Origin: Candidatus Methylomirabilia bacterium
GTDB taxonomy: Bacteria; Methylomirabilota; Methylomirabilia; Rokubacteriales; CSP1-6
Length of the DNA stretch: 47,672 nt
NCBI GenBank assembly: GCA_041492755.1
Contig: JBGPXN010000011.1
Span: forward strand, 1 to 47,672
Direction of reading: 5' to 3'
In this document: piece by piece, positions 1 to 12,091 of the stretch
Layout of the letters: the number at the start of each line of letters is the position of its first letter
Numbering within the stretch: the stretch's first letter is position 1
Made by a program: the position numbers and the translations under genes
Notes under the pieces: generated by a model
Told to the model about the DNA's origin: nothing
What the model saw: the letters and a program-made list of their open reading frames with translations, nothing else
The model's database searches: none

Positions 1-15
1 GCGAACAAGGCGTCG

Positions 16-933
16 ATGTACGACCTCACGGATGCGATCGACGTCCACGCGCATGCGCGCGGCGGCGACGAGGAAGAGCCGCTGCACGCCGCGCAGCAGG
101 CCAGCCGCGCCGGGATGAAGGCCATCGTCTACAAGAGCATCTCGCCCGGGCGGCCCTGGGAAGTGGCCCGCAAGCTCCAGGACGAGGTCGACCGCTGGGC
201 CGAGAAGGAAGGCGTCCGGCCCGTCAGGTGTCTCTCGGCCTGGGTGGTCGGCATTCCGCTCAAGCCCGTGAACTTCACCGAGATCAAGGAGGCCGTCGAA
301 GGCGGCGTCTCCGGCATGTGGATGCCGCCCGTGACCTCGGCCTGGAGCATGTTCCGGCTCGGCGGCCGCGGCGTCTGGTTCGATGCCAAGCGCCGCTACG
401 ACGACCCGGTGGCGCCGGTCGCGTGGGATGAAGCGAAGAAGACCGGCGTCTACGTCCTCGACGAGCACGGAAAGCTCATGCCCGCGATCCGGGACACGAT
501 CCGCCTGTGCGCCGACCACGGCGTGACGCTGTCGCTCGGCCACCTCTCGCCCCAGGAGATGGACGCGATGGCCGACGAGATGGCGGCGATCGGCTATCGC
601 CGCGCCTTCATCGACCATCCCTTCAGCGAGGTCTTCGAGCTGGACGTGCCGAAGCTGAAGCGGTGGGCGGACGCCGGCGTGCGCTTCGCCCTGACGTGGG
701 ACGAGCTCTCGCCCCTGCTGGGCGTGGACACCCAGGACATGGTGGCGGCCATTCGCGCCATCGGCCCCGAGCACTTCATGCTCTCGAGCGACGCCGGCAT
801 TCCGGTCCTGCCGCCCACCGTCGAGGCGTATCGGCTGCTGGCGGCCACCCTGCGCGCGTACGGCATGACCGAGCCCGAGATGAAGCAGCTCATGACCGGG
901 AGCGCGGAGGAGATCGTGACGCTGGCGGCCTGA
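16..933 (+). CDS. Amidohydrolase-superfamily metal-dependent hydrolase (DUF6282-like)
   Basis: IDVHAH metal motif near N-terminus, LSLGHLS, IDHP, LSSDAG; GC3-biased frame. Confidence 0.7.
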   Translation: MYDLTDAIDVHAHARGGDEEEPLHAAQQASRAGMKAIVYKSISPGRPWEVARKLQDEVDRWAEKEGVRPVRCLSAWVVGIPLKPVNFTEIKEAVEGGVSGMWMPPVTSAWSMFRLGGRGVWFDAKRRYDDPVAPVAWDEAKKTGVYVLDEHGKLMPAIRDTIRLCADHGVTLSLGHLSPQEMDAMADEMAAIGYRRAFIDHPFSEVFELDVPKLKRWADAGVRFALTWDELSPLLGVDTQDMVAAIRAIGPEHFMLSSDAGIPVLPPTVEAYRLLAATLRAYGMTEPEMKQLMTGSAEEIVTLAA

Positions 934-951
934 GCCTCGAAGGCGGGCACT

Positions 952-1530
952 ATGAGCACTCCACCCCTGCGCGCTCGGCGATGGAGCCGAGGCGAATACG
1001 AGGGGCTCGTCGACAAGGGATTCTTCCGTTCGGACGAACGGCTCGAGCTGCTCGATGGCGTGCTCGCCGTCCGCGAACCCCAGGGCACGTTGCACGCCAC
1101 CGCCCTCGTGCTCGTGCGTGATGCCTTGCTCCGAGGTTTCGGCCGAAAGTATCTCGTACGGGAACAGTCCCCCGTCGCGCTCGACGATGCTTCGGAGCCG
1201 GAGCCGGACTTCGCCGTCGTGCCCGGCAGGGCGCGCGACTATCGATCAGCGCACCCGGCCAAGCCTGTCCTGGTCGTCGAAGTCGCCGAGACGAGCCTGA
1301 GGATCGACCGCCAACGCAAGTCCGGGCTCTACGCGCGCGCGGGAAGACCGGAGTACTGGATTCTCAACCTCGTCGACCGCGTGCTCGAGGTCTACCGGGA
1401 GCCCGTGCGGTCGGCCTCAGCACGGTACGGTTGGAAGTATCGCAGTGTCCGCCTGCTGAAGTCCGGCGCGGTCGTTTCACCGCTTGCCGCGCCGCGTGCA
1501 CGCATCCGCGTCGCCGCGCTCCTGCCCTGA
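952..1530 (+). CDS. Uma2-family (DUF820) PD-(D/E)XK endonuclease-like protein
   Basis: ERLELLDG, EPEPDFAVV, LVVEVAETSL, K..LYARAG.PEYWILNL motifs. Confidence 0.9.
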   Translation: MSTPPLRARRWSRGEYEGLVDKGFFRSDERLELLDGVLAVREPQGTLHATALVLVRDALLRGFGRKYLVREQSPVALDDASEPEPDFAVVPGRARDYRSAHPAKPVLVVEVAETSLRIDRQRKSGLYARAGRPEYWILNLVDRVLEVYREPVRSASARYGWKYRSVRLLKSGAVVSPLAAPRARIRVAALLP

Positions 1531-1562
1531 CGGGCGGCGAGCAGGAGAGAATGTCCGGCCGC

Positions 1563-3929
1563 TCACGTCCGCGCGCGGAGGAAGAGCGAAGCGCCGAGGC
1601 CGAAGAAGATGATGTTGGACGTCCACGCGGCCAGCAGCGGGGGCAGCAGGTCGGCGCGGGCGAAGGCCATCGCGATGTAGTGTACGACCATGTAGCCGGC
1701 CATGATCGCGATGGCCAGGCCGATGCCGAACAGCCGGCCGCCGCGCGGTGACTGCAGCGCGAACGGGATGGCGACGAGCACCATGATGAGATTCTTGAGC
1801 GGGCTCGAGAGCTTCGAGTAGAGATCGACCAGGTATTTCTTGGCCTGGAAGCCCGCCGCCTCCAGCCGCGCGACGTAGTCCCGCAGCTCGCGGTACCCCA
1901 TGGCCGTCACCGGCTTCTGGATCTGGACGAAGTCCTCGATGCCTTCCTCCAGCTCCAGCGTGGTGTGCCCGAACGGGATCGTGGACACCGGACCGCCGCG
2001 GGCCATTTCCCGGATGGCGCCGTCGGCGAACTCCCAGCCGCGCGGCGTCCAGTGCGCGTGGCGCGCGTCCAGCCGGCTCGACACGCGGAAGTCCTTGTCG
2101 ACCTCGAGGACGCTCACCCCGTACAGGTCGTGCGTGCCCGGATCGAGCAGCTCCACCCGATAGAAGCGGTTGTCCGAGCTGCGCAGCCAGAGCCGGGAGC
2201 GAAGCTGCAGGTGCTTGGGAAGCTGGCCCCGGATCTTCACCCGATCGACTTCCTCGCCGCGCTCGATGAGGAACGGCAGCAGCGTCTCCTGGAAGATGGC
2301 CGACACGACGGCCATCCCCAGCCCGACCAGCAACACGGGCGCCGCGACGCGATAGAGGCTCACGCCGGCCGCCTTGAGCGCGGTGAGCTCGTGATTGCGG
2401 CTGAGCGTCAGAAACAAGAAGATCGTCGCCACCAGCATGATGATCGGCAGCGCCTCGTGCAGCGTCTCCGGCAACCGGTAGACGAAGTGCTCGAGGATGT
2501 AGACCAGCGGCGGCTTGACGCGCAGGTACTTGTCGAGCGTCTGGAGCAGGTCCACCACCACGAACAGCGCGGCCGCCACCGCGAGCCCGATCGCCGTGAA
2601 CATCATGAACTGGCGGAGCAGATACCGGTCGATGATGTGCGTCGAGTCGTGCGCCGGATCGGTGAAGCGCTCGTCACGACTGGCCCGCCGGCGAGGCAGC
2701 TGCTGCCACAGCGCGTCCGCCGCGCGCCAGACGCCGGTGAAGCGGGGCGCCCGCCACTCGCGCGCGGTGACGGCGAGCAGGACCAGGCCGAGGCTGCCGA
2801 AGAGCGCGTTCGCCAACCAGATGGCGACCACCGGCGGCATGCGGCGGCGCAGGGCGACACCCTCCAGCGTGGTGAAGATCAAGTAGTACGAGACCAGGAT
2901 GACCAGGGTGGCGAGGAGCGCGATGCTGCGGCCGCCCCGGTGGGAGCGAACGGCGAGCGGGAAGCCGACCAGGGCGAAGACGAGCGCGGCGAGGGGGAAC
3001 GCAAAGCGCTTGTGCAGCTCGACCTCGAACGGGGTCCGCGCGGCCGCATTGTCCGCGAGCGCGGCGACCTGGGCGCGGAGGTCGCGCAGCCCCAGGTCCT
3101 TCTCCGGCTTTTCCAGGCCCCGGTCCGTGCTGCGCAGCGGTGATTCCACGGACAGGTTCATGTCGTAGACGCTGAACCCGGTGTAGCGATAGCGCCGGGC
3201 GCTGGCGGCGCCGCCGGGAGGCTCCGCGTCCGACGGCCGCGGCCGAGGGTCGGCCGGCAACACGTCGGCCTCGTTGACGGCGCCGTCGATGAGCCGCAGT
3301 GTGACGCGCTGGTTGTCCTCGTCGGTGAGGAGCCGCCCCTCCCGCGCCGTGATGATCCGGCTGACGGCCGGGTCCTTCTCGACCGACACGACGAGGCCGC
3401 GCAACGCGACCTGCGAGGCGCTGATCTCCTCCACGTAGATGACCAGGTCGCCGAACGAGGTGTTGAACACTCGTTCCTTCAACCCGCTCACGGCACGCGT
3501 CTGCAAGATCGTGATGAGCTGGCGCTGGAACTCCCGGTTGCTGAGCGGGGTCAGCACGAGGGTCATGGCCCCGGTGACGGCGGCCACCCCGAGCGCCACC
3601 AGCAGCACTGGACGGAAGAGCCGGAGCAGACTCACTCCGGCCGCCTTGAACGCGACGATCTCGAGGTCGCCCGCGAGGCGGCCGCCGGCGAGCAAGACCG
3701 CGACGAGCAGCGCCATGGGCAGGGTCTGGGACAGGAAGGTCGGCAGCATGTACGCGAGGAGCTGCATCACGAGGTGGAAGGGCACACCCTTGGTGATGAC
3801 CAGCTCGGTGAGCTGGTAGAGACGGTCGATGATCAGGAAGAAGGTGAAGAGGACGACGCCGAAGCCGAAGGGGCTGAGCAGCTCGCGCGCCAGGTAGCGA
3901 TCGAGGACGCCAACCGGTGGCGACTTCAC
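1563..3929 (-). CDS. Fused LptF-LptG LPS export ABC transporter permease
   Basis: Two tandem YjgP/YjgQ units, each beginning LDRYL/IIDRYL and containing E..A.KAAGVSL; 788 aa single ORF. Confidence 0.9.
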   Translation of the reverse strand: MKSPPVGVLDRYLARELLSPFGFGVVLFTFFLIIDRLYQLTELVITKGVPFHLVMQLLAYMLPTFLSQTLPMALLVAVLLAGGRLAGDLEIVAFKAAGVSLLRLFRPVLLVALGVAAVTGAMTLVLTPLSNREFQRQLITILQTRAVSGLKERVFNTSFGDLVIYVEEISASQVALRGLVVSVEKDPAVSRIITAREGRLLTDEDNQRVTLRLIDGAVNEADVLPADPRPRPSDAEPPGGAASARRYRYTGFSVYDMNLSVESPLRSTDRGLEKPEKDLGLRDLRAQVAALADNAAARTPFEVELHKRFAFPLAALVFALVGFPLAVRSHRGGRSIALLATLVILVSYYLIFTTLEGVALRRRMPPVVAIWLANALFGSLGLVLLAVTAREWRAPRFTGVWRAADALWQQLPRRRASRDERFTDPAHDSTHIIDRYLLRQFMMFTAIGLAVAAALFVVVDLLQTLDKYLRVKPPLVYILEHFVYRLPETLHEALPIIMLVATIFLFLTLSRNHELTALKAAGVSLYRVAAPVLLVGLGMAVVSAIFQETLLPFLIERGEEVDRVKIRGQLPKHLQLRSRLWLRSSDNRFYRVELLDPGTHDLYGVSVLEVDKDFRVSSRLDARHAHWTPRGWEFADGAIREMARGGPVSTIPFGHTTLELEEGIEDFVQIQKPVTAMGYRELRDYVARLEAAGFQAKKYLVDLYSKLSSPLKNLIMVLVAIPFALQSPRGGRLFGIGLAIAIMAGYMVVHYIAMAFARADLLPPLLAAWTSNIIFFGLGASLFLRART

Positions 3930-3951
3930 CGTTCCGTTGTACCATAGGCGC

Positions 3952-5004
3952 GTGGTCCGGAGACCCCTGGTTTTCCTCGCGTTTCTTGCGCTCGTCCTTC
4001 ATCTGTTTTTCATCCCCGCGATGGCCGGCGAGCCGTTGGACCGGCTCGAACGCTTTCGGCGCCTGGCCCGCACCCGACTCGGTCCGGTCGAGATCCTCGA
4101 CGCCGATCCCACGCCCGAGACCTTCCGCGAGATCTACGCCCTCCTCGACGACGAGATGGTCGACAGCGTAGCCGGCGGCGGCGTGTTCGCCTCGGTGGAG
4201 TTTTTGCAAGATAGGCTCGACGGCTTCGCGGAAACCTGGGGCGGTGCCAGCCTCAAGGTCCTCCGCCTCGGGCCGCTCGCGGTCGGCGTGTTCCATCTCG
4301 GCGACGGAGACGGGGGCGACACCGTCCGGCTATATGGCCGCATGGCGGGGGAGGCGGGGTTGCTGAAAGTTCTCCAGGGGCCGGGCCGGCCGAGCGTGCA
4401 CGCGCTGCCCCCGGCGTCCGGTGGCGCCGTGCAGTTCGTCGTCGCCTGGGAGGGGCCGGGGTCGGGCCGGGGCACGCGGGCGCTCCGCCTGGACCTCGTG
4501 CGCCAGGCGGCCGACGATGCCCGCGTGATCTGGACGTCCGCCGATCTCTTCCCGGAAGGGCTCGTCGTGCGCAGCTACCGCGTACGCGGCAGCGAGATCG
4601 TCCTGCGCTACGAGATGCATTACGCGGGCTGGATCCCCGGCTGCGATCTGCAGACCGAGCAAGAGGACGTCTACCGTCTCGCCCCGAGCGGCGTGTTCGC
4701 GCGCAAGAGCCGCCAGCAGCACAACGCGTGGCACCTCGCGCTGCACAAGACGGTCGCCGGGCTGCTGAGCGCCCTTGCCGGCGGGGACCGGAGGGCGCTC
4801 GTCGCGCTCGTGCCCGATCGTACGCTCCGCGACAAACTCCCGAAGACGCTCGAGCGCGAGCCCGCGTGCGACGCACCCGACGGCAGCAATCCCGCCGCGG
4901 TCTCCGTGGCCGCCGTGGGCGACGAGCGGCGCCCGTGGGCCCTCACGTTCCAGCGATCACCGACGGGCTGGCGGCTGGTGTCCGCGGCGCCGGTGATACA
5001 ATGA
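3952..5004 (+). CDS. Hypothetical exported protein (signal peptide)
   Basis: Basic-hydrophobic N-terminus ending in AMA; GC3-biased frame; start uncertain (3937/3952). Confidence 0.7.
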   Translation: MVRRPLVFLAFLALVLHLFFIPAMAGEPLDRLERFRRLARTRLGPVEILDADPTPETFREIYALLDDEMVDSVAGGGVFASVEFLQDRLDGFAETWGGASLKVLRLGPLAVGVFHLGDGDGGDTVRLYGRMAGEAGLLKVLQGPGRPSVHALPPASGGAVQFVVAWEGPGSGRGTRALRLDLVRQAADDARVIWTSADLFPEGLVVRSYRVRGSEIVLRYEMHYAGWIPGCDLQTEQEDVYRLAPSGVFARKSRQQHNAWHLALHKTVAGLLSALAGGDRRALVALVPDRTLRDKLPKTLEREPACDAPDGSNPAAVSVAAVGDERRPWALTFQRSPTGWRLVSAAPVIQ

Positions 5005-5017
5005 CGCGCCCGCGCTG

Positions 5018-7660
<2,643 letters not shown>

Positions 7661-7661
7661 C

Positions 7662-8405
7662 GTGGACGCCACCCGCGCGCGCCGTGATACCGGCGAGGTG
7701 ACGATCGTGCGCCGTCACGTCGTGACGTCGACCCAGGCCGTCGCGTTCGAGCACGCCGCCGCGGGCGCCGCCGATGGCACCGCGGTCGTGGCCGATCTGC
7801 AAACGGAAGGTCGCGGGCGCCGGGGCCGCCGCTGGAACGCTCCGGCCGGGAGCGCCCTCACGGTGTCGGTCATCATGCGGCCGCGGCTGGCGTGGCCGGA
7901 GGTTCCGCTCCTCTCCTACGCGGCCGCGCTGGCCGTCGCCACCACCCTGGAACGGGTGAGCGACGTGACCCCGCGGCTCAAGTGGCCGAACGACGTCCTG
8001 GTGCGGGGCCGGAAGATCGCCGGCATCCTGCTCGAGGGCCGGGCCGCGGAGCCGGCGCCGCCCCTGGTCGTCGTCGGCATCGGCGTCAACCTCGCCCAGC
8101 GCCACTTCGGGGCCGAGCTCGCCGACCGGGCGACCTCACTGGCCCTCGAGACCGGCCACGCCCCGGATCGCGAAGAGACGCTGCACACGTTGCTGGCCGA
8201 GCTCGGAGACTGGCGCGCGCGGCTCGAAATCGAGGGCGCCACGCCCATCCGCGCGGCGTGGCTGGCTCGGGCCGACACCATCGGCCGGCGCGTCCGGGTC
8301 GACGGGGTGACCGGGGTCGCGGTCGACCTCGATCTCGACGGCGCGCTGGTGCTCGAAGAGCGGGGCGTCCGCCACCGCGTCGTCGCGGGCGAGCTCGTCG
8401 ACTGA
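7662..8405 (+). CDS. birA: Biotin--[acetyl-CoA-carboxylase] ligase (no N-terminal HTH)
   Basis: QTEGRGRRGRRW, LKWPNDV, KIAGIL motifs; GTG start just after valS stop. Confidence 0.93.
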   Translation: MDATRARRDTGEVTIVRRHVVTSTQAVAFEHAAAGAADGTAVVADLQTEGRGRRGRRWNAPAGSALTVSVIMRPRLAWPEVPLLSYAAALAVATTLERVSDVTPRLKWPNDVLVRGRKIAGILLEGRAAEPAPPLVVVGIGVNLAQRHFGAELADRATSLALETGHAPDREETLHTLLAELGDWRARLEIEGATPIRAAWLARADTIGRRVRVDGVTGVAVDLDLDGALVLEERGVRHRVVAGELVD

Positions 8406-9169
8406 TGCTGCTCGTCGCCGACGTCGGCAACACCAACACCAAGATCGGCGTCTACGACGGGCCACGGCTGCTCGCGTCGTGGCGCATCATCAGCCGCCGC
8501 GAGCAGACCGCCGACGAGTACGGCCTGTTCATGAAAGCGCTGCTCGGCACCCGCGACATCCCGGCGAGCCGGATCCAGGCCGTCGCCATCGCGAACGTCG
8601 TGCCGCCCGTGCAGCAGACGCTCGAGTGGATGTGCGAGAACTACTTCGGCGTCACACCCTTCACGGTCGAGGGCGCGCGCCAGACCGCGATCGTGCTCAA
8701 CGTCGACTATCCGCAAGAGGTCGGCGCCGATCGTATCGTCACCGCCGTCGCCGCGGTCGCGATCTACCGGCCGCCCGTGATCGTGGTCGATCTCGGCACC
8801 GCGACCAAGTTCAACTGCGTCAACACGGCGGGTGAGTTCATCGGCGGCGCGATCGCGCCCGGCATCCGGACGTCGGCGGACGCGCTCCTGAGTCGCGCCG
8901 CCCGTCTGTTCAACGTCGAGCTCGTGCGGCCCAAGGAAACGATCGGCCGCAACACCGCCACGAACATCCAGTCCGGCTTCGTCTATGGCTTCGTGGCCCT
9001 CGTCGACGGCATGGTGGAGCGGCTTCGGGCGGAGATGGGCGTATCGCCGACGGTGGTCGCGACCGGTGGGCTCGCGCCGCTCATCCGCGATACCGCACGG
9101 ACGATCCAGCACGTGAACGGCGAGTTGGCCCTGGAAGGCCTGCGGCTCGTCTACGAGCGTTCGCGCTAG
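8405..9169 (+). CDS. coaX: Type III pantothenate kinase
   Basis: DVGNTNT, VGADR, VVDLGTAT, GGAIAPG, ATGG motifs; ATG overlaps birA stop. Confidence 0.95.
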   Translation: MLLVADVGNTNTKIGVYDGPRLLASWRIISRREQTADEYGLFMKALLGTRDIPASRIQAVAIANVVPPVQQTLEWMCENYFGVTPFTVEGARQTAIVLNVDYPQEVGADRIVTAVAAVAIYRPPVIVVDLGTATKFNCVNTAGEFIGGAIAPGIRTSADALLSRAARLFNVELVRPKETIGRNTATNIQSGFVYGFVALVDGMVERLRAEMGVSPTVVATGGLAPLIRDTARTIQHVNGELALEGLRLVYERSR

Positions 9170-9227
9170 CCCGCGCGGCGTGGCCCGCCCGCGCACGTTC
9201 AGGAGGCGGCGAGACCCCTCCGAGCAA

Positions 9228-9256
9228 TTGACACCCCTGAGGGCGAACCGTATACT
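9228..9256 (+). promoter_or_regulatory. Sigma70-type promoter of guaB-guaA-dnaE-accA
   Basis: TTGACA (9228-9233), 17-bp spacer, TATACT (9251-9256). Confidence 0.8.
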
Positions 9257-9303
9257 GCACCAAACCTGGTACCTCGGTCGCGGGCGATCCCTATATACGG
9301 GAT
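9257..9303. promoter_or_regulatory. Tandem NrdR-box-like operators
   Basis: GCACCAAACCTGGTAC (9257-9272) and TCCCTATATACGGGAT (9288-9303), starts 31 bp apart; each has mismatches to the consensus. Confidence 0.45.
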
Positions 9304-9342
9304 GTGGTGAACACGGTCCGGAGCCTGACGGGAGGCTGACGC

Positions 9343-10503
9343 ATGGGCATGTGGGTCGGACGGGGACGCAAGGCGAGGGCAGCGTATGGCTTCGATGACA
9401 TCGCGCTCGTACCCGGCGCACTCACCATAAATCCGAACGAAGTCGACATTTCCTGGGATCTCTGCGGCCGGCGCTTCGACCTGCCGATCATCGCCGCCGC
9501 CATGGACGGGGTCGTGGGCCCGCGCGTCGCGATCGAGATGGGCCGCCTCGGCGGCCTGGCCGTGCTGAACCTCGAAGGCATCTTCTCGCGGTACGAACAC
9601 CCGGAAGAGGTCCTCGATCGCATCGTCTCCGCCAGCCAGGAAGAAGCCACCAAGATCATCCAGTCGATCTACGGCGAGCCGATCAAGGAGGACTTGATCC
9701 ATCGCCGGATCAGCGAGATCAAGAAGGGCGGCGGCACCGTCGTCGTCTCGTCCATCCCGCAGCGGGCCGAGCGCTTTGCCCAGATCGCCCAGGAGGCGGG
9801 CGCCGACCTCTTCGTCGTGCAGTCGACGGTCACCACCGCGCGCCACATCGCCACCGAGTACACGCCGGTCGATCTGCGCTCGCTCAAGAAGCAGCTCGCC
9901 ATTCCGCTCATCATCGGCAACGTGGTCACCTACGAAGCGTGCCTCGAGCTCATGGAGTGCGGGATCGACGCGCTGCTGATCGGGGTGGGCCCGGGCGCGG
10001 CGTGCACGAGCCGTGAAGTCCTCGGGCTCGGCGTGCCGCAGGTGACCGCCACCGCCGACTCCGCCGCCGCGCGCGACTTCTACTACAAGCAGACGGGACG
10101 CTACGTGCCGATCATCACCGACGGTGGCATGAGCACCGGCGGCGACGTGTGCAAGGCGTTCGCGTCGGGCGCCGACGCGGTCATGATCGGTTCCGCGTTC
10201 GCGCGGGCGATCGAGGCGCCCGGGCGCGGCTACCACTGGGGGATGGCGACACCGCACGTGAACCTGCCGCGCGGCACCCGCATCCGCGTGGGCATCGCGG
10301 GATCGCTCGAGCAGATCCTGTTCGGACCGGCCTTCACCGAGGACGGCACCCTGAACCTGGTCGGCGCGATCCGCACCTGCATGGGCTCGGTCGGCGCGCG
10401 GAACATCCGCGAGCTGCAACAGACGGAGCTGATCATCGCGCCCGCGATCAAGACCGAAGGCAAGGTCTTCCAGCAGGCACAGAAGCTGGGTCGGCCGCGC
10501 TAG
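9343..10503 (+). CDS. guaB: IMP dehydrogenase family protein, GuaB3-type (no CBS domains)
   Basis: [22 protein letters not shown] catalytic Cys loop, IITDGG; adjacent to guaA. Confidence 0.9.
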   Translation: MGMWVGRGRKARAAYGFDDIALVPGALTINPNEVDISWDLCGRRFDLPIIAAAMDGVVGPRVAIEMGRLGGLAVLNLEGIFSRYEHPEEVLDRIVSASQEEATKIIQSIYGEPIKEDLIHRRISEIKKGGGTVVVSSIPQRAERFAQIAQEAGADLFVVQSTVTTARHIATEYTPVDLRSLKKQLAIPLIIGNVVTYEACLELMECGIDALLIGVGPGAACTSREVLGLGVPQVTATADSAAARDFYYKQTGRYVPIITDGGMSTGGDVCKAFASGADAVMIGSAFARAIEAPGRGYHWGMATPHVNLPRGTRIRVGIAGSLEQILFGPAFTEDGTLNLVGAIRTCMGSVGARNIRELQQTELIIAPAIKTEGKVFQQAQKLGRPR

Positions 10504-10520
10504 GCCCCGGAGCGGGCTCG

Positions 10521-12071
10521 GTGGACGCGGCCGACAAGATCGCGGTTCTCGACTTCGGAGGGCAGTACACCCAGCTCATCGCCCGTCGTATCCGCGAGCT
10601 CTCCGTCTACTCCGAGATCATCCCGTGCACCCAGCCCCTGGAAACGATCCTCGCCGCCGGCTACCGGGGCCTCGTGCTGTCCGGCGGGCCTTCCAGCGTC
10701 TACGAGCAGGACGCGCCGCTGCCGCCGCGCGCGCTGTTCGAGGCCGGTCTGCCGGTGCTCGGCATCTGTTACGGCATGCAGGCGATGGGATACCTCCTCG
10801 GCGGCGACGTCGTTCCGTCGGATCGTCGGGAGTACGGCGCCGCCGAAGTCGAGCTTCAGGGCACCAGCCCGCTCTTCGCCGGGGTCACACCGGAGCGCGA
10901 GGGACGGCTGCACGTCTGGATGAGCCACGGCGACTCCGTGTTGAAACCACCGGCGGGCTTTGCCGCGCTGGGCACCACCCCCAACTGCCCGGTGGCGGCG
11001 ATGGCGGACGAGAAGCGGCGTCTCTACGCCGTGCAGTTCCATCCAGAGGTGGCCCACACACCGCAGGGCCGGCGCATCCTCGAGAACTTCGTGCGCGCGT
11101 GCGGCGTGAGCCAGTCGTGGTCAATGCCCTCGTTCATCGAGGAAACGGTGGAGGCCATCCGCGCCCGCGTGGGAGGCGACCGGGTGCTCTGCGCCCTGTC
11201 GGGCGGTGTCGACTCGGCCGTGGTCGCCGTGCTCGTCCACCGCGCCATCGGCGACCAGCTCACGTGCATGTTCGTGGACAACGGTCTGCTCCGGAAGGGC
11301 GAGGCAGACTCCGTCGTCCACACCTTCCGCGACGCGTTCAAGATCCCCCTCGTTCACGTCGACGCCTCGGAGCGATTCCTCCGGGCGCTGAGCGGCGTCA
11401 CGGATCCCGAGCTCAAGCGCAAGCGCATCGGCGCCGAGTTCATCGCGGTGTTCGAAGACGAGGCGCGCAAGCTCGGCACGGTGTCCTGGCTCGCCCAGGG
11501 CACGCTCTACCCGGACGTCATCGAATCCGTGTCGTTCAAGGGCCCCTCGGCCACGATCAAGACGCACCACAACGTCGGCGGCCTGCCGCCCCGGATGCAG
11601 TTCTCGCTTCTGGAGCCGCTGCGCGAGCTGTTCAAGGACGAGGTGCGAAAGGTGGGGGAGCTGCTCGGGTTGCCAGGGGAGATCGTCTGGCGCCAGCCGT
11701 TCCCGGGCCCCGGGCTGGCCATTCGCGTGCTCGGTGAGGTCACCGCCGACCGACTCGCACTGCTTCGTGACGCCGACATCGTCGTCCAGGACGAAATTCG
11801 CGCGGCCGGTCTCGAGCGTGATCTCTGGCAGGCGTTCGCCGTGCTGCTCCCCGTACGCACGGTCGGGGTCATGGGCGATTTCCGCACCTACGCCGAGGTC
11901 ATCGCGCTCCGCGCGGTGACGAGCCAGGATGCGATGACGGCGGACTGGGCGCGTCTGCCCTACGACCTGCTCGGGAAAATCTCCAACCGAATCATCAACG
12001 AAGTCAAGGGGATCAACCGCGTCGTCTACGACGTGTCTTCAAAGCCGCCATCCACCATCGAGTGGGAGTGA
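10521..12071 (+). CDS. guaA: Glutamine-hydrolysing GMP synthase
   Basis: [51 protein letters not shown]. Confidence 0.98.
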   Translation: MDAADKIAVLDFGGQYTQLIARRIRELSVYSEIIPCTQPLETILAAGYRGLVLSGGPSSVYEQDAPLPPRALFEAGLPVLGICYGMQAMGYLLGGDVVPSDRREYGAAEVELQGTSPLFAGVTPEREGRLHVWMSHGDSVLKPPAGFAALGTTPNCPVAAMADEKRRLYAVQFHPEVAHTPQGRRILENFVRACGVSQSWSMPSFIEETVEAIRARVGGDRVLCALSGGVDSAVVAVLVHRAIGDQLTCMFVDNGLLRKGEADSVVHTFRDAFKIPLVHVDASERFLRALSGVTDPELKRKRIGAEFIAVFEDEARKLGTVSWLAQGTLYPDVIESVSFKGPSATIKTHHNVGGLPPRMQFSLLEPLRELFKDEVRKVGELLGLPGEIVWRQPFPGPGLAIRVLGEVTADRLALLRDADIVVQDEIRAAGLERDLWQAFAVLLPVRTVGVMGDFRTYAEVIALRAVTSQDAMTADWARLPYDLLGKISNRIINEVKGINRVVYDVSSKPPSTIEWE

Positions 12072-12091
12072 CGGGAGGCCGCTGCCAGTAA

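Noticed and set aside
952..1530. Uma2 nuclease as a defence system
   Set aside because: Solitary member of a widely expanded family with no partner genes here
9257..9342. Purine or ZTP riboswitch in the guaB leader
   Set aside because: Leader is only about 80 nt, I could not find the consensus aptamer nucleotides or a terminator, and the palindromes fit DNA operators better
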